From the NCBI RefSeq assembly GCF_006345805.1, contig NC_043000.1:10044001-10108000 (forward strand): DNA of 64,000 nt. The letters run 5' to 3'. Positions 52,889-64,000 of this stretch are shown in pieces (position 1 is the first letter of the stretch; each line of letters starts with the position of its first letter). The translations under genes were made by a program, and so were the position numbers. The DNA is from Octopus sinensis. Lineage: Eukaryota. The notes under the pieces are model-generated. The model was not told where the DNA came from. It made no database searches and saw nothing but the letters and a program-made list of their open reading frames with translations.

Positions 52889-52920
52889 TATATAATATAT
52901 ATCTATATATATATATATAT

Positions 52921-52951
<31 letters not shown>

Positions 52952-52994
52952 ATATATTATATATATATATATATATTATATATATATATATATC

Positions 52995-53027
<33 letters not shown>

Positions 53028-53566
53028 TATATATATTACTATATATATATATATAGTATATATGTGTATATATGTATATGTGAAAACCCGTACTGTTTGA
53101 CAACTGGTGTGGTTTGTTAACATCCCCGTAACATAGTGATTCGGCAAAATCGTCGATATAGTAAACAAAACAAATAAGTCCTGGGGCCGATTTGATCGAC
53201 TAATACCACTTCAGGGTGGTGCCCCAGCATGGAATGAAGCATAAAAGATAAAAACTAAAGCTTATTAATTTCCGAGCCTGTCTCACCAGCAGTGGACCAG
53301 CCCACCATGAATTTAGTTACATAGATTAAGAAAGAAAACAATAACGTCAAAAAAAAAAAAAAAGAGGAAGCAAAACAATACAGAGATAAAGTAACAACTT
53401 TAAAAAAAACCCTTTAAACATCCTGAAAATCTATTGACATATCAGTCCAGCAACTATGTTGCATGTAATACTGTAAACACGATAATATAAGCATATCACT
53501 AATGTTAAAATAACAAACCACTAGTATGCGCACACGTCTGTTTGAATGTGCATATAAATATATAAT

Positions 53567-53598
<32 letters not shown>

Positions 53599-53659
53599 GT
53601 GTGTATATGCATGTATGTATGTGTATATATATATGTATATGTATGTATGTATATATATA

Positions 53660-53727
<68 letters not shown>

Positions 53728-53970
53728 TATATATATATATAGATATATATATATATTATATATATATACATAAACGATAACGTCGCCTTTTTCAAGCCTA
53801 GCCGGGCTCATGGGCCGGTTTCTGTGGCGTATGTGTTCCCCCCACCCAGCTGGACCAATAGGCAGGTGATGAAGTGAAAGTAAACAGCTGATGTGTTTGT
53901 GTCTCGTAACTTAGCGGTTCGGCAAAAGAGAGCGGTAGAATAAGTACCAGGCCTAGAAAGAATAAGTCTC

Positions 53971-54356
53971 TCTATATATAAAGCTGAAGTTGTCTGTGTG
54001 TGTGGCAGGTTTGGTAGCCTTCAACTAACACTATCTCCTCCGAAACCCTGCGGCGCAAGTTGACCAAAATTGAGAGTATGATAGAAGGCTTGCTCTTCAT
54101 TACGTAGGAGGTAAAATTCAAATCGGACCATATTAAGACCAAAAATTATTTACATCAAAAAGGTGCTTTTTTTCTATGAAAATCCCTGTTTTTTACGATT
54201 TTTTGACTGCTGTGTCGCCATTTTTCGGTGTATTTCAACCAGAAAAAAGTTCACTTAAAGAGAATAACAAGCTACATAATGCAAAATTTTTACTTTGCAA
54301 AAATTCCAATTCTAAAGGTTGAAACAAACCCGAGCAACGCCGGGTGATACTGCTAG
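53971..54356 (+). mobile_element. Non-autonomous Helitron
   Basis: 5' TCtatatataaagctgaagttg and 3' aaacccgagcaacgccgggtgatactgCTAG followed by T. Ends match 30745-31252, interior differs. Confidence 0.75.
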
Positions 54357-54424
54357 TTATTTATAAACCGCATCCCGCTTCTACTCGAAGATACCTACAG
54401 CAACCATATTTCTGATTTCTATAC

Positions 54425-54730
54425 TGTTTTACTGTTTTACTGTTTTACTTGTTTCAGTCATTTGACTGCGGTCATGCTGGAGCACCGCCTTTAATCGAGC
54501 AACTCGACCTCGGAACTTGTTCTTTGTAAGCCCAGTACTTATTCTATCGGTCTCTTTTGCCGAACCGCTAAGTGACGGGGACATAAACACACCAGCATCG
54601 GTTGTCAAGCAATGCTAGGGGGACAAACACAAACATACACACGCATTTATATATATATATACATATATACGACGGGCTTCTTTCAGTTTCCGTCTACTAA
54701 ATCCACTCACAAGGCTTTGGTCGGCCCGTC
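54425..54730 (-). mobile_element. SINE family A, head truncated
   Basis: Family consensus. Confidence 0.8.
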
Positions 54731-56299
54731 TATGTTCTCATTAATTTTAAGAACCACCATCTTGTCGACATTTTCGACTCATGCGTTTCCGAAATGCATT
54801 AATCTTTTAGTATTAACCAATTCCAATTATCTTATTCATATGTCTTCTCAAGAGTAAAGGCTAATGACATATTTAATTGCTCTCATTCATTGCAAGATCC
54901 ATCGTCCCGTAGACATTTCCGACTCATGCGTTTCCGAACTGCATTAAAGTACATTAACTTTTAACTTTAGCCAATTCTAATTAATGAACCAACAAACTGT
55001 TCAACAGTAACTAGCAATATCTTTCCTTAGATGCAATCGTAAAAAGCTCTCTATCTAAAACTGTGAACGATCAAGAAATATTCTATAACCCAACTAGAGA
55101 TATTCTACGTGGTCACTCGAGCTGCTAGAAATAGCAGTCAATTTTTTCTCGAACCATGCACTGACGTCTTACATAAGGAAAGGACATAGATGATGTATGA
55201 TGGTTATAACTGGAATACCTTTGATCATAGGTTTGCTTAGCCAGGGTTGTTCTCAGATCAAATGAGAACGAAAATACAACAAAACCATTCTATGTAAATG
55301 TCTCTTTGTTCCGCTCTTTCTTTTCACCATTTTCTTTTCCTCACACTCTCTGTTACTTACATATATTTATCATAAACTTCTCTATTTTCCTAAATCTGTT
55401 TCTTTTTTTTTATTTACTATGTCCCTCAAATATCTTCTCTTTCTTACTCTGCACTGTTGCCTTTCTCTCCTACTTCTCGTCTCGTCTCTACTTGTTTCTT
55501 CCATTCCCCTGTTTAAATAGAACATGTTTTATTGCTTCAACCAAACACAACTGTATCATTTCTCTAAAATTTCACATCGCCTCGTAAAGTGTAGCAAAAC
55601 ATTACGTCGTTATCTCCTGATGTACTTCCTTGTCTCTGTAACTGTCAATGATACTTTAATTAACTAAAGATAACAGAAACCTTAGTTACTTTTTAGATTA
55701 ACTTTTGTTTATTTTTACATTTAAACAACGTTACCAAATCAGCAAACCGGATGCATAATGGCAGCATAGTTTAACGGTATTATTATGGTGGAAAATATAA
55801 AATACAACTAGAGAACTAGATTCTTAGGTTTAATCGGAGCGATACTCCTGAATTACTGTAGAATATCATGTTAGGGAAATTGAGCTATAGATTATGTTTC
55901 CTTAATACATCAATGGACAGAACGATGGGAGCTCTCAGATTACTTCAAAGCGCAGATATTCTTGTTGTGATATTTAATTGATGATAGTCAGTATGCTTGT
56001 TTTAAGTGAAACCAATGATCCATTAGACTTTATAGGCATCAATTTCATACAGAAAACAGAAGTAAAACAACTGACAGACTTCGAAGCACTGCTTGTATAT
56101 AACTTGCTAGCCGACTGGTATTCAGTTCGACTCTCATCTTGTACTATATCCGTGTACCGTCTGTAGCAGTATTTCTAGTTGCTTTTAAGTATAATCATTT
56201 TTCCCTTTATCTTTATTTTCACAAACTGTAGGTGAAATAGTACGTATGATTTCTTAATATTGGTAGGAGCTTGAAGAGTGTTCCACCAGTTGTATTCTT

Positions 56300-56640
56300 T
56301 TCCCGGGTATTTGTATGAAACCTATGGCAGCTTTTTCTTACTTCTTGAGTCTGAAGGAAAGGACAGTTTCATTTGGAGCCTCTCTCCTCTCAGTATTGAG
56401 CTTGAGGATGTAAGTGCGTTGTTTAAACAGATCAACACCTGCGGGAGTAAGAAAATTCCAGAATATCGATGCTGTGAGAGAGAAAGGACTGAGTTTTGGG
56501 GTGAGTGCAGGCCAGGTAAGTTGAATGGAACAAGGATGACGAGAGGTAGAGACGAACGGTTCGTGATGCCTGATTAGAGGACATATGATATCAGACCGGC
56601 CATCTCTGAGGAACAGAAAGCATTTGTTTAAGAATTTCCC
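56300..56640 (-). mobile_element. Possible old CR1-group LINE C-terminal fragment
   Basis: SRHPCSIQLTWPALTPKLSPFSLTASIFWNFL...DLFKQRT loosely fits the HP...F..RT..LWN.LP...L..FK terminus. Confidence 0.35.
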
Positions 56641-57081
56641 TCTCATGGTTTTCCACTGTAGCTGCCAGACTTAATCTCAGAATGTACAGATTAACTGAAA
56701 CTGTGTTTCCATAACGACATAACTGTAATCACATACAGAGTACTGGAACCACAATGAATGAATACTGGAACCAGATATAAATTAATAAAGTGTTGAGCTG
56801 TTTCAAGTTTCTCTCTTCTAATTTTCTTTTTCATTTCTGTGTCAGTTTCACCTTCTCATTAGTATTTGTCCGATTTGTTCTGGTCTAAGCCTCTAATTTA
56901 GGTGTCTGCGTCCAATTAAAGATTCTCTTTGAAGTTTTAGTTAATTAATCTATTCTTTCGGTAATCTTGGTATATTTATCTAGAGCCATGAATATTTTTA
57001 TACCTTGGTATAATTTATTAAAAGGTACAGTGAAGAAAGAGAGGGAGAGAGAGAGAGAGAGAGATAAAGACAGAAAGAAAG

Positions 57082-57120
<39 letters not shown>

Positions 57121-57444
57121 AGTAAGAAAGAAAACGAATGTGTATATGGAAACATACATGTTAAAATATGTTTTATTTATTTTGTTACAAAAGTGATAAT
57201 TATATATGTTACATTCATATTTGAATGCAGGTTGCCATATTTGATGTGGTCAATCGAATATAATGCTTAATCAGTAGAAATTTTAAAATAATGAGAATAT
57301 TCATTAGTGTTAATGAAAATTATTCTCCAATGAGATAAGGGGGAGAATGTTGGGAGTGCTGATATATATTGAATGTATCCTATCATAGAATGTCAAATTC
57401 TTTTCTACTCTAGGAACAAGGCCCGAAATTTTTGGAGTGGGAGG

Positions 57445-57790
57445 GGCAATCGATTAGATCGATCCCAGTACGCAACAGGTAATTGATTTATCGACCCCGA
57501 AAGGATGAAAGGCAGAGTCGACTGCGGCGGAATTTGAACTCAGAACGTAAAGACAGTCGAAATACCTATTTCTTTACTGCCCACAAGGAGGCTACACGCA
57601 GAGGGGACAAACAAGGACAGACAAACGGATTAAGTCGATTATATCGACTCCAGTGCGTAACTGGTACTTATTTAATCGACCCCGAAAGGATGAAAAACAA
57701 AGTCGACCTCGACGGAATTTGAACTCAGAACACAGAGGTAGACGAAATACCGCTAGGCGTACTAACTTTTCTGCCAGCTCGCCGCCTTCT
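57445..57790 (-). mobile_element. SINE family B dimer
   Basis: Junction gaaatac|ctatttcttt at ~57567. Confidence 0.8.
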
Positions 57791-58023
57791 ATCAATATAA
57801 TGTTAAATTGTTATATATAACTTGACATAAAAACGCCCAATAGGAAATCTACGTTAACCGTCTCCAAATTCTACTTTCAAGCTATCTGGCCAGTACAGTT
57901 TTATATGATTCCAATGTGTCACATAGTGGGATCGAATCAAGAAAGAAATAATTGCAGCTTAACATTACAGTTGCGTAGCCGTGCGTGAATTGCACCGACA
58001 TTTTGCATGATTTTCTCGTGTAA

Positions 58024-58645
58024 ATATTTGCCGAAATGATTTTCTGGCATTACCGTTTCTTTGTTGACATTAACGATTTCATTTCATGCCTGATCACATG
58101 GAAAATAATTCTACGTGTTCTTTTTTCATATTTCATCTGTATTAGCATAGTTTGGTGGTTTTAAATTAAATGTCAATAACAATACAAACTTTTACATATA
58201 TTTTTTGCAATATTTTAACATACATTACCGAAAAAATATATAAACAAACAATAAAAGACACTGCTTTATATTTTGTAAAACACACAAAACCACATGCTTC
58301 ACTACACCTGGTAGATAAATACTACAGTACATGTAATTTGAGTCATTCGTGGTCTTTGTATTTTCTATATATTTAAAGGTTTTGTGTGTTTTACAAAATA
58401 TAAAGCAGTGTTTTTTATTGTTTGTTTATATATTTTTTCGGTAATGTATGTTAAAATATTGCAAAAAATATATGTAAAAGTTTGTATTGTTATTGACATT
58501 TAATTTAAAACCACCAAACTATGCTAATACAGATGAAATATGAAAAAAGAACACGTAGAATTATTTTCCATGTGATCAGGTATGAAATGAAATCGTTAAT
58601 GTCAACAAAGAAACGGTAATGCCAGAAAATCATTTTGGCAAATAT
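58024..58645. repeat. Fold-back with 268-bp near-perfect inverted arms and an 86-bp spacer
   Basis: 58024-58291 is the reverse complement of 58378-58645 with a few mismatches. Confidence 0.92.
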
Positions 58646-58825
58646 AAGACGAAGAATATAAATATAAAAGGCGTCTTCCTCTAAGTGTGGCGCACACATA
58701 ATACGAGATGTAACTCTAGAAGCTTTACATTGTGTTAGAAGTAACTAGCTGAGGAAATTGAAATGTTAACCTTAACTTCTGTTATCTCACCAAACGCTAA
58801 TAGCTGAATATTCCTTACTTTCATT

Positions 58826-58875
<50 letters not shown>

Positions 58876-59074
58876 GCAGGATGTATGCGTGTGTTTGTGT
58901 ACGTGAATGTAATTTATGCATGTCCACAAATTAGCACGCATGTCGCTCCAATTTTAGGAGGACATTCGTCACCATCCTAGCTGTATTTTCGTTAGATTAT
59001 TTTCCCCCGAGGCACCAGCGAATAGCGGTAAAAATAAATTTTCAACCATAACTTAATTTTCACGGCGGAGAAAT

Positions 59075-59295
59075 CTCTATGTTTAGCCCCTTGTGGGTAG
59101 TAAAGAAATATGTATTTCGTTTGCCGTTAGGTTCTGAGTTCAAATTCTGCCGAGGTTGATTTTGCCTTTCATCCTTTCAGGGTCGATAAATTAAGTACCA
59201 GTTACGCACTGGGGGTCGATGTAATCGACTTAATCCGTTTGTCTGTCCTTGTTTGTCCCCGCTGTGTTTTGCCCATTGTGGGCAATAAAGAAATA
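59075..59295 (+). mobile_element. SINE family B, fragment of a multimer
   Basis: Tail-to-body junction aaagaaatat|gtatttcg at ~59110. Confidence 0.75.
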
Positions 59296-59584
59296 TGAAT
59301 TTATGTATACGTGTATGTGAGTGCATGTGTGTGTATATGAATATATGACCATGTCTTGGTGTTTATTTTGTTCTCTACTCACCGCTTGACAACCACTATT
59401 CATTTGCTTACCTCCTCGTAACATAGCGGTTCGGTCTGAGCGACCGATAGAATAAGTGCCAGATTTAAAAATAGAAGATTTAAAAATAGAACTGCCCCAA
59501 CATGACCACAGTCGAATGACTTGTATATGTAAAATAATAATATATAATAATAATAATAATATATATATCATATATATATATATA

Positions 59585-60190
59585 GCTAATGTAGGATAAA
59601 ATTTTTCGGGAAAAAAATTTTATCAATGGCCAGCATATCAAAAAATACCTTTAAAGGTTAAATTTATAAATAATTTACAAGATAAGGGCAAAAGAAAATT
59701 CTAATGCCAAATATGCCGAAACAAAAAATTGTCGATAACCATTATAATTTATGCGTCTCGAAACAAACCAATAGAAATCTCTAAAAAATTCGTTATTACC
59801 GTATTGGTCCAATTTCCCGAAAAATTTTTTATCCTACATTAGTTATAAATTGAATAGTGTTTCACTTCCGGATTCGCTCACTCTATGAAAGTTTCTCGTT
59901 CGAATCACGTGTCCCGAGATGTGCCGAAGATTTTTCTATTTTGGATATATTTGGGGTACTTAGGTCTGGTCAGGACTTGGTGCTTGCTTTTTCCATGGGT
60001 ATGAGTAAGTATTTCACTTATATCTCGCGTATTTGCCGCTGAAGAGGGGAAAATTTTCTTATGAATTAACCCCGAAATTGGACCAATACGGTAATAACGA
60101 ATTTTTTAGAGATTTCGAGATGGTTATCGACAATTTGTTGTTTCGGCATATTTGGCATTAGAATTTTTCTTTTGCCCTTATCTTGTAATA
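59585..60190 (+). mobile_element. Penelope-like pLTR remnant with an upstream inverted partial copy
   Basis: ~59677-59817 is the reverse complement of ~60073-60189 with an insertion. Contains an HHR. Homologous to 9640-9720. Confidence 0.6.
60034..60093 (+). ncRNA. Type I hammerhead ribozyme motif, AUA triplet
   Basis: UGCCG-CUGAAGA-GGGG(loop)CCCC-GAAA-UUG(GAC)CAA-UA-CGGUA. Confidence 0.82.
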
Positions 60191-60995
60191 TATATATAAT
60201 ATAATATATATAGTATATACATATATATATATATATATAAGAACTAGTGGGATTCGAACTTTGCATAAAGCAAAATAAATTCTACAATCTGCCACTGCGT
60301 TTCTGTCATGTTAACGGATCGTGTTATGATCTAATGGAGAAAAAAATATGTTATTTTATTGATTTCACGAGATATGATCAGCAACTAGAATTTCTAATTC
60401 TGTTGATATATCGTTTTTTTTGACAAATTTATCAATCAATTAACTGGAGAAGTAAATAATGTTTATACTCGTAAAAACCTATGAGAAAATATTGAAGTAA
60501 AAAACAGTGTAATTAGAAACTTTAACATGGCTCATAAACAAGGACACACAGACAATGAAACACACACATATGCCTACACACACACGTATTTGCATCTGTC
60601 TATCTATCTATCTATCTATCTATATTTGTAGCTATAACCATATTTATCCATTCAAATGTTAAATATTTATGGGAGGCCATCTATAAGATAAATGAGCGAC
60701 TTACGTGCGACAAAGCGTAATTAATGCTTGGAAAAAGGCAGAGAAATCTATACAATACTTAGGTTAGTAACCTAGCAACCTATATACCTAGTTATCTATC
60801 TACCTTTATCTGTCTGTCAATCAGTCTATCTTTGTCTGCCTCTCTGTCAGTCGGTCTTCCAGTCTATAAAAATAAATAGTCTAACCTAGGTGAATGATAA
60901 ATGAGAATCAAGCCAAAAGGGAACACATACACACACATACACACACGTGCACACAAACATATATACATATATATTCCTATATAAATATATGTGTG

Positions 60996-61092
<97 letters not shown>

Positions 61093-61157
61093 GTCTATCT
61101 ATCTATCTATCTATAGAGAGAGAGAGTGACTGAGAGAGAGATGATAAGATGGAATAG

Positions 61158-61218
<61 letters not shown>

Positions 61219-61429
61219 TGTAATCACAGTAAAACCAACACAGTATATGTTATAGACATAAAATCATGTGAAAAAACATGCAGAAATGGGTACTTATATA
61301 AACGTTGTGTTGCATTGTGCGTGATATTCTGCGCATGCGTGTGAATGTATGTTCGTGCGCGTGTGTATATGTTTATATCTATATATATTATATATATATA
61401 ATATATAGGTATTTTTTTATTTATAGAAG

Positions 61430-61481
61430 GAGCTTCTACAGGACTAGAACTGTTTCATTCAAAAGAATCATCAGGAAGCTC
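61430..61481 (-). ncRNA. Hammerhead-like motif, GUA triplet, atypical stem II. A mutated partner lies on + at 61490-61541
   Basis: GAGCUUC-CUGAUGA-UUCUUUUGAAU-GAAACAG(UUCUAGUC)CUGU-A-GAAGCUC. Confidence 0.6.
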
Positions 61482-61794
61482 AATCATCAGAGCTTCCAGA
61501 TGATTTCATTTGAATGAAAAGTTCTAGTCCTGTAGAAGCTCCTTCTATAAAATAAATTAATTTACTCTGCTATGTATTGGAGTACCTTATTTACTGTGGT
61601 TAACCCCGACTCAACCGGGACCTACATATATATATATATAATATATATATGTAGGTCCCGGTTGAGTCGGGGTTAACCACAGTAAATAAGGTACTCAATA
61701 CATAGCAGAGTAAATTAATTTATTTTATAGAAGGAGCTTCTACAGGACTAGAACTGTTTCATTCAAATGAAATCATCTGGAAGCTCTGATGATT

Positions 61795-61846
61795 GAGCTT
61801 CCTGATGATTTCTTTGAATGAAACAGTTCTAGTCCTGTAGAAGCTC
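61795..61846 (+). ncRNA. Mirror copy of the hammerhead-like motif. A mutated partner lies on - at ~61734-61786
   Basis: gagcttc ctgatga tttctttgaat gaaacag ttctagtc ctgt a gaagctc. Confidence 0.6.
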
Positions 61847-61867
61847 CTTCTATAAAATAAAAAAATA

Positions 61868-61903
<36 letters not shown>

Positions 61904-62062
61904 TATAAACATATACACACGCGCACGAACATACATTCACACGCATGCGCAGAATATCACGCACAATGCAACACAACGTTTACATAAGTACCCATTTCTG
62001 CATGTTTTTTCACATGATTTTATGTCTATAACATATACTGTGTTGGTTTTACTGTGATTACA

Positions 62063-62111
<49 letters not shown>

Positions 62112-63255
62112 GCGTCCGATGGTCAGGCGATCCATTTGCTGTCAACACCCGTTAAAAGGAGGGCTGGGCATGCCGTGGTTGATGATGCGCAGAACACGCG
62201 CTGAGACTGCGACATCTCTGGCTCTATGTAGACGACGGTGAACAGTGTGTCGCCGTTTGTGAGGCACGCTTTCCCGCAGCTCGTCTCCATGACCGAACTG
62301 CAGTCGTGGATCAAAAAGACCGAGGAAGGGCGAATGGCACCGCGAGTGTCGCGTTGCTCTCAAGCAACTCTGCCGTCCTGGGTCGACCTTAAGTGACTTC
62401 AAACACAACCAAAGCATTCATAGGGGTTTAGTGGAGGGGAGGTACGACGACGAGCTCGGGGCGAACCTGGACGTCGACGAGGAGTACCTGACCCGCCTGT
62501 TCGGGACGACTTTCGGGCCAGGCCCATGGACAACATTCCAGAGATCCCTGGCCTGGCAGTGCTACCGAGAAGCGCTACCCGTTCGGGATAAGCTCTACAG
62601 ACACGGCTCGAGAAACCGGGGCCGACCTGCCCGAGATGCGGTCAGAGCGACGAAACCGTTCTGCACGCACTCGTTCAGTGTCCAACAATTTCCGACCTGT
62701 GGGCTTATGTCGAACAACTGCTGTCACTGTGTTGGGACGAGTCGGTTTATCAGCTGAGTCTATCGTCAATATTGTCACGCCTCCTTCCTCAAACGGGAAG
62801 GAAGAGCTATTTTCATCATCCTTGTGGCTATGGCGAAAGAAGTATCTGGTGGACGCGTCTGAAAGGATTGGAGACAAACACTTTCCTCTCTGGTCAATCT
62901 CTCATCAACTTCTTCAAGTACCACTTGAAAGGAAAGTGAGAGTAGAGGGGCAAGTTTTGTCTAGCGAATGTTTTAAAAAAAAGATGGGTGAATGTAGCAA
63001 GAATGGCACGTTAGAAAGACGAAGCCACCTTGAGCATAGTCCTATGAACCAGAAATCGAAAACAGAGAGTTGCTTATTTGCAAAAAAAAAAAAAAAAAAA
63101 AAAAAGAAATATAAAATGTGACTTCATTGACCGAGGTTACCGTGGTCTTTTCCGTAGGCTTTTCTTTCCACGGTTAAACCTCACCGTCCTCCCCTTTTCA
63201 CTTCATATTGACATTCTGTGATAACGATCCCTATTGATCAATTTTTTTTTCCTCT

Positions 63256-63286
<31 letters not shown>

Positions 63287-63452
63287 CCCCCCCCCTTTTT
63301 TTTGTCCTCTTTCTCTCCTTTTACGATCCCTTTTGATCGAAACTCCCCTTTCCTTTTTTTTTTTTTTTTTTTTTTTTAAACCTTCAAAAGAAAAGCTCTA
63401 CCTTGTAATTTGTTCTATCTGTGTGCAGCCCTGTGTGGCTAATAAAGAAACA
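62112..63452 (+). mobile_element. 5'-truncated Tx1/L1-clade LINE (ORF2 C-terminus and 3' UTR) inserted in (TATC)n
   Basis: KGGLGMPWL, SLAWQCYREALPVRDKLYRHG, CPRCGQSDETVLHALVQC (CCHC, from 62628), several frameshifts. Ends aataaagaaaca, with (TATC)n on both sides. Confidence 0.82.
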
Positions 63453-63527
<75 letters not shown>

Positions 63528-63954
63528 TCCATCTTATCATCTCTCTCTCAGTCACTCTCTCTCTCTATTCTCTATATACACATACAGACACACACACACA
63601 CATGTACGTATAATGTTCTTTTGTCTCGTGAATCGAGTTTCAAACCACTGCGATCGTCAGGCGAAACATGCCTGCAAATCTGAGTATATGTTCTTCAACG
63701 TCCAATTTGTTTATCGGCTCGCTGGGATTCTTCAGTCTCCAGAGGGCTGTGTATTTGTACGTTGCTTACGGTAGGCGGAATGAGACTGGAGTGCTCAATA
63801 CATGTTGTAAAGGATATGATTTTTCATATTTGAACTAGAGCTGAGACTCGCCTCACGACTCGAGTTTTCCTGCCAATGTGAGCTTCAGGAGAAACTACAT
63901 ACACACACACACACGAATATCTATCTATCCATCCATCCATCCATCCATCCATCC

Positions 63955-64000
<46 letters not shown>

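Larger units (their letters stand above)
61114..63567. repeat. Large palindrome centred on (AT)n at ~61638, right arm interrupted by a Tx1 insertion
   Basis: 61160-61630 pairs with 61645-62111, and 61114-61158 pairs with 63523-63567. Confidence 0.9.

Noticed and set aside
63625-63665. Minus-strand CUGACGA...GAAACUCG...CGAG motif
   Set aside because: No U at 16.1, no stem I partner and poor stem II.

Overview
AT-rich eukaryotic DNA, almost all repeat-derived. The repeat families and microsatellite load point to a coleoid cephalopod, probably Octopus (inference from family resemblance, no database search). No host gene is securely identifiable: there are two weak + strand exon candidates (~7.5 kb, ~13.5 kb) and one 100-N gap. 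The window holds three tRNA-derived SINE families in many copies, decayed LINEs (R4/Dong-like, RTE, Tx1/L1, I-group, CR1-group), Penelope-like remnants with a GIY-YIG fragment, two abutting mariners, non-autonomous Helitrons, fold-back elements and abundant microsatellites. The main signal found by reading the sequence is about 14 type I hammerhead ribozyme (HHR) motifs from several sequence families. One lies inside a tRNA-headed, Pol III-type element with an adjacent inverted copy, and four lie in a nested palindrome that a (TATC)n-inserted Tx1 element later interrupted. Coordinates were read by hand: structured motifs should be accurate to a few bases, decayed repeat boundaries to tens of bases. 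Ribozyme activity is predicted from motif and pairing only.
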